From Eledone cirrhosa (lineage: Eukaryota), in the NCBI GenBank assembly GCA_964016885.1, contig OZ024747.1:48360001-48424000 (forward strand): DNA of 64,000 bases, in the 5' to 3' direction. The notes below the pieces were generated by a model that was given only the letters and a program-made list of their open reading frames with translations, was not told where the DNA came from and did no database searches. Of this stretch, positions 38,050 through 52,511 are shown one piece after another. The position numbers and the translations under genes are program-made. Position 1 is the first letter of the stretch; every line of letters starts with the position of its first letter.

Positions 38050-40800
38050 AAATTAGTAAATGGCAATAAAGACCTGGGAACAACAGGTGAACAAATCTTG
38101 CTCGACAGGTGTCCCAACATGCTGCAGGTTAAGCCCGGTTATTATTCTATTATTGCAGTCAACTGACAACACTCTAAAAAATTTAAACTTCCTATGAAGC
38201 TTGCTTGCTGGAATGTGCGTACTCTGGTAGATGACAATTTGACACAAAGACAAGAGAGACGAACTACATTGATTGCTCATGAGTTGAAAAGATAGTCATT
38301 GAATATAATAGCTCTCTCTGAAACACGCCTACGGATTGGCACCTCATTGATTATATCTTAGTTAAAAAATGTAATACGAAAGACGTATGTAGTGTGCGCT
38401 CAATGAGAGGAGCAGAGTGCTGGAATGATCATAGACTAACCAGGATCAAACTTAATTTAACTATAACACTCTGGGACTAAAGTACCAAAGAAATTTAATG
38501 TGACAAAGTTCAGATCTTTCGATGATCTCCACAATTTTCGTAGTGCATTGGATATCACACTTGACTCGAGCAGCCCTTAGGACATTTTAAGACAAAAGTA
38601 TTTCAAGCAGCATCTGTATCAGTGGGTGTGAGATCAAGGAGGTCTAATGGCTGGTTTACAGATAGCAACCCCGAAATATGTGATTTACTTAGGAACAAAC
38701 AAAATATTTGTCAAAAACTTCTTTTTCAATAAATCAATCCTAATTGTGATATATCTTATAAGCAACTAAAAAGAAAAGTGAAAAATGCTCTGAGAAATAT
38801 TAAGCAGCAGGGGTGGCACAACAAAGTCAAACAAGCACAAGAAGCAATAGATCGCGAGGACACAAAGGTATTTTTCTCCTTCATTAAGGAAGTGTATGGT
38901 CCACAATCCTCCTCAGTAGCACCTGTAGGAACTGCAGATGGCCAGTCACTCTTGACTGATATTGTCTCCATTTAGAACCGCTGAGTAGAACACTTCTCTG
39001 AACTTCTTAACAGGCCCTCTAATGTTAGCATAAACATTATCGAATCAATGAAAATCTACCTAATTGTAAATGAAATGGCATCCGAACCAAATAGAAATGA
39101 CATTGCTTCTACTGTACAAAAATTAAACAACAATAAATCTCCTGGCCTGGATGGTATTAATCCGAAGGTTCTCTAGTATGGAGGTGAGAAAAGGGTGGAA
39201 TATTTACACATTGTAATACAACATTGTTGGAGGAAGGAGGAAGTACCACAAGACTGGGTTGATGCTATACTGGTCACCCTTTTCAAATCTGGTGCCAAAG
39301 ACCAATGTAGTAATTTTAGGGGCATTTCCCTATTGTCTGTTTTCGACAACGTTCTAGCACGTGTCATTTTGGAATGGCTTAATAAGTCCATAGTGCCGTG
39401 TGTCGTATCAGAGTCACAATGTGGTTTTTGTACGAAAAGAGGCACTAATGATATGATCTTCACAGTCAGACAACTGCAAGAAAAATGTATTGAACAGAAC
39501 CTTGTCATCTACCACTGTTTTGTCAATCTCAGTAACGCGTTCGATACCGTTAATAGAAATTCCCTGTGGTTGGTTCCGTCGAAATTTGGATGCCCTCAAA
39601 AGTTTGTGAATTTATTGAAAGCTCTCCACAAAGGCACGAAAGCCAGAGTTAACTTTGCAGGTACACCCCCTGAGCCTTTTGCAGTAGAAATTGGGGTGAA
39701 ACAAGGAGACCTTGATGCATCCACTCTCTTTGCGATATATTTTGCTGCCATGCTCTATCGTGTTTTCCAGAACCACAATTAAGGGGTGTATCCTACAACA
39801 AGAAATGTCTTCAATCTAGCACGAATGAAATTTAAGACTAAAGTGTTCACCTCACTAATAAGAGATCTTCTGTATGCCAACGACCGTCACCTTGCCAGTC
39901 ATATCGAGAATGGTTTGCAAATATTGATCTCTGCATTTAATTCGGCATGTGATATATTTGGTTTGACCTTAAACCTAAAGAAAACTAGGTTTATATCAAT
40001 CTGCCTCTGGCCAAGTTGTGCACAAACCGAAAATATATGTGAGGAGTAAACTTCTTAAGGTTGTTGAATCATTCATATATCTTGGAAGCACAATAAGTAA
40101 AGATGGAACATTGGATCCAGAAATATCTCTAAGGATTCAAAAGACAGCAAAATATTTTGGTAATCGAGAGTCTCGGGTTTGGTTACAAAGGTATCAAGAT
40201 GGAAACAAATATTTCCGTTTATAGAGCTGTTGTGTTATCTTCCCTTTTGTACTCATCTGAAACTTGAAAATATGCATCAGACTCCTGGAATGATTCCACA
40301 AAAAATATTTACGTCAAATTCTAAAAATAAAATGGAATTCATTCACTCCTGACTCTTATGTTTTAGCTGCGTCTGCTATTTGTTCCATCCAGGCAATAAT
40401 TCTAAAAAAACAACTGTGGTGGTCTGGACATATGGTCATGGTTGACGAACGTATCCCCAAGCAACTATTTTATGGGGGACTTGCTCAGAGTAAAAGGAAG
40501 CAAGCCAAAGAAGGGTTTCAAGGATGAATTGAGGGAGAACTTGAAGAATGTAGGAATCAATAAAAAAAACCCTGGAAAGACTTGCAGTGGATCGCTCTAT
40601 TTGGTGCTCAAAAATATGGGACGGTGTGAAAACGTTTGAGCAAAATAGATTAATGCAAGTAAATATTAAGAAGAATATAAGGAAAAAATAACCAATAAGT
40701 GAATACGAAATTAATGGGACTTTTTCTAATTATACAGTTTGTGGCAAAGTCTGCGTGTCAGAAGCTGGATTTCAATCTCACACGAGAGCACACAATAGGA
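38050..40800 (+). mobile_element. Decayed, internally deleted RTE/BovB-like LINE
   Basis: MKLACWNVRTL (~38193), ALSETR, KSPGLDGI, NFRGISLLS, GVKQG, DLLYAND, FIYLGS, RIPKQLFYG, terminal VCGKVC..HTRAH. Confidence 0.9.
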
Positions 40801-40806
40801 CACTTC

Positions 40807-43062
40807 CTACTGACATTTCTTGAGCAGAAAGGACAAGGGGTTTAATGACAGGATAAATAGTAGCACAGAAAGACTGTCTCCTTGAAATATACCCCTGTGA
40901 TATTCTATTTTATCAGTGAAAATAGATTCCTCCTTCTCTGTTTTTAACTTTAGGATAGTAGCCCAAGAAGAAGGCAGCTTCTCTATGGCTCTGATAATAA
41001 TGACTGGGACTTTAGCAAGTCGGAGGGCTTCTATCATCCAAGAGTGGGGAACAGAATCAAAAGCTTTCCTGTAGTCCAGCCAGACTGTAGCCATATTCCT
41101 CCTAAGTTGTCGCACCTCCGACATCGCAGTTTTGTTGATTAGGAGTTGTTCAGCACATCCCCAAATCCCTTTCTTTCCAGCTGCTTGTTCATCTGTGATG
41201 ATGTTATTATTTTCTCAGTGATCTTGGAGAAATAGGTTCAGGCATGCTGTATACATCTTATACATTAGGTTCTGGCATGCAATGGGTCGGTAGTTTTTTG
41301 TCCAGTGGTTGTCTTTGTTCTTTGTGCTAATGTCAACGATTCTGGTATAAGTGTATCTCCCTTGAGAACTTGTTAGTAGAGATTGATAAAATACATCCGA
41401 TAGAATATCAGTTTTTTGTACCAGTAGCCGACAATCAAGTCTCTTCGTGGTGTTTTCTTATCTTGGAGTTTTCCTATCACAGTCTCAAGGGTATCCTCAT
41501 TTATTTCGTATGTTTTTGTTGGAGTGTATGAGCAATAGTTCTTTTGGATTTCTTTGAAATTCTTCTTTTCACCCCATATTTTTCTCCAAAAGGAATGTAT
41601 GTCTTTCTGGGATGGGGCCTCAGCGACACTTATTATTTTACCCTTCATATATCTATAGACTGATGTTTAATTTCGTCTGAATCTCTTATTAATTATTTTT
41701 CTTTTAGCCACTCTCTTCTGGTATTGAAATTTCTCGCTGACAACTCTCAATTCTTTGAGGGTGATTAGCTTATGTTGAAGAGTTTTGGTTGTATTGTCAC
41801 CAAACATCGTTTCTATTTTATTTTTCACTCTTTGATGGTGAGGAGGGAAGTTTATGTTTTCGTTTGCATGTAAAGAGCATTGTCACATATCCTATGGTTT
41901 TTCGTAGGTCAGCAGACTTTTTTTCTATTTTAGTAATATATGATGATATTTTTGCTGGTGTTTTGTTCTTGTTAATATCTCTGCTATCACTGAGATAATG
42001 TTTTACTGTCGTTGCTAAACAGGCGTTGATTTGCCAAAAGTTTGGGGTTTTAATTCGTCGTAAATATTCAACCCCAATGTCATCTATAGCACGTAAGATT
42101 TCATTATTTGGTTTTATTTTGTTCAAATACCGCCGAGGTTAACTTTGCCTTTCATCCATACAGAGGTCGGTAAAATAAAGTACCAGTAATGTACTGGGTA
42201 ATTGCTGGCCTTGTGCCAAAAGTAGAAACAATTATTTGGTTTTATTTTGTTTAATATTGTTGATTTAATATTGTTGATTTAATATTGTTGATTTATCACG
42301 TTCCGCAAGAGAAATGTTTATGCATGAATTGATTTCTCTCTGGAAGATTTTGTTGAGGGGAAATTTAAATTTCTTGATTATTATTATCGATAGTGTTTTC
42401 CACACCAGTCGAGGCAGACTAAGATAGTACACGTGGTGTAAAATTTCTTACCGGCATAGTTGTTTCAAGTGACTTCGATCTGGCTGCTGGGGAGTCTAAT
42501 AGCATGTGTTGTTGATTCCATGTTTGTTCTGGGGTCTTACAATTAATAATATTTATGTTATTTTTACGTTCAACAAACGTCGTTTGTTGGCGTAATGGTT
42601 TTGTTGTGAAATGATTTAGCTCTGGATGTATTTCGTCCCAGTGTAGCTTCATTCTGTTCATATGGTCAACGGAGGGATTTTCTTTCGCCATTTTATAACA
42701 ATTAAATAAACCATCATAAAGTTCGTAACTCCAAGAGAAATCCGATTTTTAATTTCAGTTTCTTCTGTAACTACAACTAAATAAATTTTGCTTTTCTTCG
42801 GTAAATTATTCTCGTTAGTTGTGTTCGGTAAATTGCTGTTGTTAATGTTGTGTTTTTAGCAAATTCTTGTAAAATGAATTTAGTATTTAGTCATATATCT
42901 CTACGAATATGAATAAAAGGTGTCTTCAGTTGATATAGTTGAAAGAATATCCAGTTATTCAACATGACTGGTAGTTGTAGTATTACTGTCGGAGATAGTA
43001 TTCATCTTAAATTTAATGAATAGTCTCCCACGCCAAAATCTGCGACTGATCGCGTTGACTTT
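40807..43062 (-). mobile_element. Decayed R4/Dong-like non-LTR element, 3'-truncated
   Basis: WLDYRKAFDSVPHSW, GIFQGDSLS, NYRPIAC, N-terminal RMKLHWDEIHP; no APE domain seen; 5' end abuts (CATA)n. Confidence 0.75.
42124..42230 (+). mobile_element. 5'-truncated major SINE with target-site duplication
   Basis: attatttggttttattttgtt duplicated at 42103-42123 and 42231-42251. Confidence 0.85.
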
Positions 43063-43428
43063 TATGTATGTATGTATGTATGTATGTATGTATGTATGTA
43101 TGTATGTATGTATGTATGTATGTATGTATGTATGTATGTATGTATGTATGTATGTGTGTGTGTGTGTGTGTATGTTTATGTACTTGTTTCAAAACACACA
43201 GACGCAGATATATCAGTTACCATATATCACCCACCCACATGCGGATGTATCAATATATCCCTACATCAACACAAATTGATGCAATTATATAAAGACACTG
43301 TGAAGGCACTTGCATATATACACATATGTATGCACATACTTATGTATGTATGTATGTATGTATGTATGTATGTATGTATGTATGTATGTATGTATGTATG
43401 TATGTATGTATGTATGTATGCATGTATG

Positions 43429-43478
<50 letters not shown>

Positions 43479-43514
43479 TATAATTGAAAAAGTGGATAAC
43501 GATATTTTGTTATC

Positions 43515-43575
<61 letters not shown>

Positions 43576-43580
43576 CATAT

Positions 43581-43613
<33 letters not shown>

Positions 43614-43876
43614 TGTATAGACACTGTCTTTCAAACACTCAACCACATGTTTCTTTCTAGCCACCCAGTTTTGCTTGCGCGCAAATATACCCGTGCATAC
43701 ATACACACACACGCTATCACATACTCAAACGTACACACACCCGTGCATACATACACACACACGCTATCACATACTCAAACGTACACACACTCATGTATGT
43801 ACATTTGCATACACATTCCTCATGAGAGCTAATGTCTCTTTTTCTTTCTTCCTCTTCTCCCATCCCCTTATACCTC

Positions 43877-43879
<3 letters not shown>

Positions 43880-43926
<47 letters not shown>

Positions 43927-44009
43927 CACCCATATACATACATATACATATAAACACATACATGCACTTGACACATTCATACATACACACCTATGCATAT
44001 ATACATATA

Positions 44010-44077
<68 letters not shown>

Positions 44078-44111
44078 GTATGTATATATATATAATATAT
44101 ATATATATATG

Positions 44112-44167
<56 letters not shown>

Positions 44168-44242
44168 CACACACACACACACACACACACATTTATATAT
44201 ATATATATACACATATATGTATATATACATATATATACATAC

Positions 44243-44322
<80 letters not shown>

Positions 44323-44434
44323 ATAAGCATATATATACATATGTATATATAGAGGGTGGGTTGTAAGTCGGTGTCTATATATGTATGTATGTGTAGTATG
44401 TGTGCTTGTACGTATGATATGATGTATGTGCATG

Positions 44435-44471
<37 letters not shown>

Positions 44472-44528
44472 ATATATATATATACATGTATATATATATA
44501 AATATATGTATATATATATATATACATG

Positions 44529-44584
<56 letters not shown>

Positions 44585-44605
44585 CATGTATATATATATA
44601 TATAT

Positions 44606-44661
<56 letters not shown>

Positions 44662-44684
44662 ATATATATATACATGTATATATA

Positions 44685-44774
<90 letters not shown>

Positions 44775-44800
44775 TACATATATATATATACATACATACA
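43880..44800. repeat. Long interrupted (TA)n/(CA)n tract
   Basis: Direct reading. Confidence 0.95.
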
Positions 44801-45329
44801 TCATACGTACAAGCATACATACTACCCATATTTACATATATTGACACCGACTTATAACCCACCCCCTCCCACTTATTCTATCAGCCCCACCATATGCACA
44901 CCCTAAAAAAAAAAAAAAACAGGCGGCAGGCATTAATCAGCCGTTACACACCCTTTCCATGCGGTTTACCCTCATATTTCTGGCCTATTTCTCAGTCAAA
45001 GCTAAATGACAATTGTGGAAAGATGGGAAAATAACTCCCCTCACCCTATCCACCTTATTTAGTCTATACTGTGTAGTATGATATATGTGATGTGAGTAGC
45101 CAGGCCAGACATGAGAGAGGGGTGAGTGGTAGGTGGTGGGGCCCAGTTGCTACCAGCCCAGGATTTTGAAAGTGGAGCATACTCGCCTCAAGCTCTAGTT
45201 CTTATATTATGTTCTATTATTTTTAAGTACATCTACACTACGTTTACACGTATAACCCACATATAAATCATGTGCATTTAACGCTGATTACTAAAATACT
45301 TAAGGAGCAATTTAAATACATTTCACATT

Positions 45330-45549
45330 CGATTTGGCAGAATCGGTAGAGCATCAGACACCACACTTTGCAACATCACTTTGTAATGACCCTTTACGTC
45401 TTGAGTTCAAATCCCGCTGAATTTCATCCTTACAGGATCGATAAAATAAAGTACCAGTCACGCACTGGGGTCGATTTAATCGACTTTCCCCTCCCCCAAA
45501 ATTGCTGGCCTTGTGCCTATACCAGAAACCATTATTATTTTTATTATTA
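45330..45549 (+). mobile_element. Older SINE copy (longer 3' variant)
   Basis: ttggcagaatcggtag...gagttcaaatccc...aaattgctggccttgtgcc. Confidence 0.75.
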
Positions 45550-46785
45550 TTTGTACAGTGATGATCTTCTTAACACTGGATCATTTAATTGACCCCCTAT
45601 CAAGTTATGTAACCTCAGATAGACAGTACTTTCTGCTATGTGTGTATATGTATGTGTTGGGGTACATTAGAGTAGGTGAGAGAGGGGTTTATAGGTTGGA
45701 GTCTGTATATGTACATATGTGGGTGCTTGAGCGCGTGGTTAGCCCACTAGGAGTGAGATATCCCTAGTTCTAGGAGAAGGAAAACTCTGATTTAAAATCT
45801 GCGAGTCGATGGCAGCCAGTAATGATATGTTTTTCTTTTTGGATACCTGTAACAACAACAACAGCAACAACAAAAATGAGTTTACAATAGATATAACAAA
45901 AATTTTCTTCGAGCCAGGCCTCTAGTTTTAGGAGGATCCATCTAGTGTCTGGGTGGAATGGGGACCCCTAAAACATTGATGTTGACCTTCTGAGTAAGCA
46001 AAAAAAAAAAAAAAAAAAAAAAAAAGAAATACAGCAGCAACGTAAACAACAACAACAACAACAATAGCAACTCACCACCACTACTACTGACATAAAAACA
46101 ACGTATTTACTGCTATAAAAACAACGTATTTACAATGACAGTAAAGAGTTTGTCTTTTAAGTTCTTCTGAAGGAAAGGAAGAATCTCATCTTATTTAATT
46201 TGTTAACAGCAGTGCCCCAATGGAGACTATTGTCTGAGTGAGTTAACTACGTGTAGAAAATAACGTGAACAATGCCCCCCAGTCAGTAATCGTAAGCGTT
46301 AAAACTTCACCTCATGAATCTTACATATTATCTCTTATCTTTTCCATCCCACTATTGTGTTTCTTGACAGTATGGGTTACAAACAGCCTCGGTTCTTCAA
46401 TGGAACTGTAGTTGTTATTCCTGCCATTCCTCATATTATTTTTCAAAGTGTTATTATAATTTTCTTAAGGGAATGGATACACAGTCTGAGTTTAAGTTCA
46501 TTTATAATAGCATATTGACAATAGAAATAAAAAGGAAAAGGGGAAAAATGGAGACGAGAAAATCCTTAGCTGAACAGTATAGCTCAGTTGATCCTTCCTT
46601 ATAGACAAGAGGGCGACAGCATTACTTTGGAGTGCAGCCAGAGTTAACCATCGCATCATCCATTCCACCTTGCGGAGTTGCTTCCTCAAGCGTGATGCTC
46701 TCATCCCAAATTGGCGGGGGAAAACGGTAATTTGAGGACCGAGGAGGAGAGTGGAGGTCTGAATGGTGACCGGAACAACAAGGAA

Positions 46786-46899
46786 TCAGTCAGTCAATGC
46801 TTGATATTCGATCATCATCCGATCATCTGTATTGTAGGCAGCGCCGCCCAGGTTTGAGGCCGAAGCGATGAGATTGACACCAGAGAAAGTATCACATTT
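46786..46899 (-). CDS. Candidate terminal exon of an unidentified host gene
   Basis: Acceptor tttcattttag| then KCDTFSGVNLIASASNLGGAAYNTDDRMMIEYQALTD*; non-repetitive and GC-richer than its surroundings; no homology recognised. Confidence 0.35.
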   Translation of the reverse strand, partial: KCDTFSGVNLIASASNLGGAAYNTDDRMMIEYQALTD

Positions 46900-47144
46900 C
46901 TAAAATGAAATTTTTGACATATATAGCTGTTATAATATATCTGGCATGGTCAGAGACTAAATCCTAAAGGCCAACTCGTTGATTAGCCCCAGGCCAGCCC
47001 CGAATCGAACGAGCAGACCCAGGAACAAAGGCATTCCAGTCCAACCACGACTACCACTTTTAGTGTATGTAAAACTACATTTAAATGGTGCAAAGATAAT
47101 GACGGTTTCTAACTGACAACTTTGAGTAATATATCTCATAATCC

Positions 47145-47330
47145 TAATAACTGTTTCTACTTTTGGCACAAGGCCAGTAATTACCCAGTACATTACTGGT
47201 ACTTTATTTTATCGACCCCGTAAGGATGAAAGGCAAAGTGAACCTCGGCGAGATTTGAACTCAGACCGTAAAGGGACGTAACTATGCATCAAAGCATGGC
47301 GCCCGACTCTCTACCGATATTGCCAATCCT
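47145..47330 (-). mobile_element. Major SINE copy
   Basis: Consensus match. Confidence 0.85.
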
Positions 47331-47788
47331 AATAACATGTGACAAAGATGGACATATGAATTATAGGTATAGTTCATCTGGCAGATGTCCATACAATTAC
47401 CGTCTACTCAATTTCAGTCTTAAGACAAGGTTGACCTCAGCAGGATAAGAATTCAGAAAGAGCCAGAATAAATACCATAAAGCATTCTATCCGTCGTTCT
47501 AACGACTCTGCCAAATCGCCGCCGCCAGTTTTGTTTGAAGGAAAGACAAAGGCCGATATATCTTGGCACTAATCAGGTGTTTCCTTTCAAATGTAAAGAT
47601 ATAGCAAGGCATTGTGTCCTACGTCCTAACAATTCCGTCAACTCCACACAATACACTGGTTCCTTATTGATCAACCCCGAAAGGGTGAAAGCAAACTTGA
47701 AATCAGACTGTAGAGAGCTAGAAGAAACAACGCAAAACGTTTTTTCAATGCTCTAATGATTCTGCGAGAATATATATATATTTATATA

Positions 47789-48237
47789 CGATATTAATAA
47801 ATGGAAACTATATTTATAAAACCATATTTATTTCATTATATATATTTCAGGGATACCAAATTAAATTATGGTATGCCTTCATCAGACAAAATACAATATA
47901 TAACAGTTTTACAAATAAGCGTTGACGTACCCTATTAAAATACAACCATTGTTTTTGGAAGTAATCCGGATTACTTCCAAAAACAATGGTTGTATTTTAA
48001 TAGGGTACGTCAACGCTTATTTGTAAAACTGTTATATATTGTATTTTGTCTGATGAAGGCATACCATAATTTAATTTGGTATCCCTGAAATATATATAAT
48101 GAAATAAATATGGTTTTATAAATATAGTTTCCATTTATTAATATCGTATATCTACTCCAAATACTTGTCGAGTGCTTTATATCAGTTATAAAAATATTTA
48201 CTTGTTGTATCCCAACAATTTTAAATAGAACTTTTGC
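47789..48237 (+). mobile_element. Palindromic HHR element, family A (second copy)
   Basis: Spacer-less palindrome centred at tcc|gga 47967/47968, arms ~179 bp, 3' tail matches 7298-7382. Confidence 0.9.
48042..48106 (+). ncRNA. Type I hammerhead ribozyme (mirror copy on minus strand 47829-47893)
   Basis: TATTTTGT-CTGATGA-AGG.C.ATACCA...TGGTAT.C.CCT-GAAA-TATATA-TA-ATGAAATA. Confidence 0.85.
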
Positions 48238-48438
48238 ATATATATTTATATATATATATTGAGGCTAGTTTGCATAATTGCAAACGAATAGAATGTTATT
48301 ATTAATATTCGAAAAACTCAGATTACATTTATTGTATTCAGCCATGTAGAGCGAAAAAAGTTTTCTTTTTTATTTGAATTTGGCAAAGCCGGCCATTTAT
48401 CGCTCGTATACAGGAAACTGACTGGCCAGTCTGCTGAT

Positions 48439-48512
48439 ATGCAAATCTGGCTGATCAGTGGATCTGCTAATATGCAGATCTGACTGATCAGTCAGTTTGC
48501 TAATATGCAAAT
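48439..48512 (+). promoter_or_regulatory. Octamer cluster (ATGCAAAT x2, ATGCAGAT x1), putative snRNA-type enhancer
   Basis: Positions 48439, 48472 and 48505 at 33-bp spacing; function inferred only. Confidence 0.5.
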
Positions 48513-48588
48513 CAGGCCGATCAGTCACTGTGTAGGTTTGAAATTAGCATATATTTTCACTAGCTCTGACAGTTGGCAGGTGAACAGT

Positions 48589-48638
48589 GAGCTGTACTGA
48601 TGAAGGGTGATACCCAGAAACATTAGTGTCTGCAGTTC
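48589..48638 (+). ncRNA. Type I hammerhead ribozyme
   Basis: GAGCTGTA-CTGATGA-A GGGT GAT ACCC A-GAAA-CA TTAG TG-TC-TGCAGTTC; GUC site after 48630; first stem II pair is A.A. Confidence 0.8.
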
Positions 48639-48805
48639 TGTTTACATGCCAACACAAGAGCAAGAATGGAGAGTTCCTTCTACTGACATGGCTATAAAAT
48701 TGAGGCTAGTTTGCATAATTGCAAACGAATCGAATGTTATTATTAATATTCGAAAAACTCAGATTACATTTATTGTATTCAGCCATGTAGAGCGAAAAAA
48801 GTTTT

Positions 48806-48878
<73 letters not shown>

Positions 48879-49111
48879 CTTAGAGCAAACATCACGAGCG
48901 CTCTATCTCAAAATTATTTTTGAAAAGCATTAGAAATGCGCAACCGGTAAAAACTTAAAATTAAAACTGAATACTAACCAATACTTATTACTAATTTATA
49001 CTTATTCCTAATTAAACTATTTTTCACTGGGAAAATTTGTCAGCATTTTCTTTTCCTTTTACTAATATATCACAACTCGTGTGTTACACCTCTATTTTTT
49101 TAAATATATAT

Positions 49112-49260
<149 letters not shown>

Positions 49261-50628
49261 AATATATATATATTTGTATTTATATATATAAATACTGCTG
49301 TTCTTATTCAGATTAGTAAACAATAAATATGAAGATATGTTTTTTTTCTCATAATTATTTCAAAATATTTATATTTTATAAAAAAAAAATCAAAATTGTA
49401 ATGATAATAGAATTTAGAAATGAATATCTGTCAATCTTGAAGCACCTTAGGGTAAACAATATTCATTGCGTAATTTCTTTGTTGGTGTCCAATTGAATAA
49501 ATTGTTGTTACTCACTCACACACATACACTCTCACATACATATACTAAAACAGACACATACAGACATACATTCACGCAGACACACGCATAGCTGTTCACC
49601 TAATTTTTTTTGTCAGTCGTCACATATGTATATGTATGTGTGTTTAATTCTCTGTATGTGTAGATGTGTGTGTGTGTTTAATTCTGTAATGTACGTAACG
49701 AACTCGCAAACACACACACACTCACAGACACATACACACTCTTATACAAAATGTGACGTGGTGGTGGTGGTGGTTTACTAAAGTTGACTATAGAAATACT
49801 AATTTAGATAAAATGTTATATTGTTTTAATCCAAATGAAAATAAAAATTACACGTTGACACTCCCGGGGTATAATACCTTGTAAAATTTGATTTGATTTG
49901 GTCGAGCCGTTTGAGAGACAAATAATTGTATATATACTAGCAAAAAACCCCACCATTTGACTGGTTTTCTGCTAGCATGTATAGTGCGCATATTGATATT
50001 ATAAGCAAATATATATGCATGTAGATATGATAGGTCAAATGAAATCATAATTGACAATATGCACAGAAATTGAACAAAGTCTGTGTTACACTCTCTTCTG
50101 TAATTAGTAACGTAATCCATGATACATTTAAAAAAAGACGATATTATATATAAACTGCATATATAATAAACTAAAATGTTATGGAAACGAAAAAGTAGAA
50201 AATTAGCGACCTAAATATAAACCTTATATAATGATGCAAATAGATGAACATTTATATAAGCGATGTAATAAATGTTATAATATAACGGACGCTAACCGGA
50301 AGTTTTGACATTTGAAAATTTTAAAGAAATGAATCTTAAAATAAGCAATAGTTTATATATAAGAATATTTATGTTTAATCAAGAGCTACAAAATTTAGTA
50401 CATAAATTACATAATTGTTTCTACGTTTGACACAAGGCCAACAATTACCCAGTGCATTACTGGTACTTTATTTCATCGACCCCGTAAGGATGATAAATTA
50501 CATAATTACATAAATTACATAATTACATAAATTACATAATATTCATTCATTATTTATTCAAAGAAATCCAGCTTATTTTACTAACGGGATAAAAAAAATA
50601 TAAAACTGACGCTGTCCCGCACTCCTCC

Positions 50629-51330
<702 letters not shown>

Positions 51331-51386
51331 ACAAATGTATGACAAAAATCTTTCTCCTTAGATACACTCCATCTTCACCCGAAATC

Positions 51387-51562
51387 TTAAACAATAAATG
51401 TCAAGGGCACAGCAACTGCCAGCGGTATATGAGGTGGAGGCAAGGATGGAAGCTGGTGGTTGTGGTGGTAGAGGTGAGATAGTGTCACCAGCTGGCTCTT
51501 GATTTCAGTCACGTGAATGAGTGACGACATCTGACGGCACTGTTTCAAGTCATGCAGACATC
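51387..51562 (-). CDS. Candidate exon of an unidentified host gene
   Basis: Acceptor ttttcttttcag| then (G)[24 protein letters not shown]...; possible donor ctg|gtgaca. Confidence 0.3.
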
Positions 51563-51787
51563 CTGAAAAGAAAAACATATTAAAAAAAAAAAAATCAATG
51601 ATATTAGGGAAGAAGCACTTGAGCGATTGTTTGACAACAAACGACAGCAACGACAACAACAACAATAACGTCAACAATAACAACAACAATAACAATATTT
51701 ATGGCAACAATAATAACAACAGCAATAACCCCTTCAACTATAAAAAAACAACAGAACAAACACTAACATTAACAATAATATCAGCTT

Positions 51788-52511
51788 TAATAATTGTTTC
51801 TACTTTTGGCACAAGGCCAGCAATTACCCAGTGTATTACTGGTACTTTATTTTATTCACCCCGTAAGGATGAAAGGTAAAGTTAACCTTGGCGGGATTTG
51901 AACTCAGAATGGCAAGGGCCGTAACTCTATGCGTCAAAGCATGGCGCCCGACCCTCTACTGATACTGCCAATCCACCGGTTTCTGATTTAGGCACAAGGC
52001 CAGACAATTTTTTTTGTAGCTGGGGGGAGGGGAGGGGCGATTAAATCGACACCAGTGCGTGAATGGTACTTTATTTTATCGATCCCGTTAGGATGAAAGG
52101 TACAGCTAACACCCGCAGGATTTGAGCTCTGAATGTAAAGGACCATAACACAATGCTTTAATGCATGTTGTCCGACGCTCTACCGATACTGCCAACCCAC
52201 CGCCCTTATAAACTTCAAAAATAACATCAACATTGGATCATATTAACCCCTATTCTTTCACGTTTTCGGGCTCCTTCTGACTCTTGAATCTTTCAACTCC
52301 ACTACTAAAAAAAAAAAAAAAATAATAATTGTTTCTACTTTTGGCACAAGGCCAGCAATTATCCCAGTGCATTACTGGTACTTTATTTTATAGAACCCGT
52401 AAGGATGAAAGGCAAAGTTAACCTCGGCGGGATTTGAACTCAGAGTGACAAGGGCCGCAACTCTATGCGTCAAAGCATGGCGTCCGACCCTCTACCGATA
52501 CTGCCAATCCA
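51788..52511 (-). mobile_element. Cluster of three SINE copies
   Basis: ~51788-51978, ~51978-52205 and ~52322-52511 match the consensus. Confidence 0.85.

Larger units (their letters stand above)
48258..48814 (+). mobile_element. Retrozyme-like element (441-bp period, ~115-bp terminal redundancy), family E
   Basis: 48258-48373 repeats at 48699-48814; internal HHR; three 33-bp subrepeats with octamers; TA-rich flanks. Confidence 0.85.
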
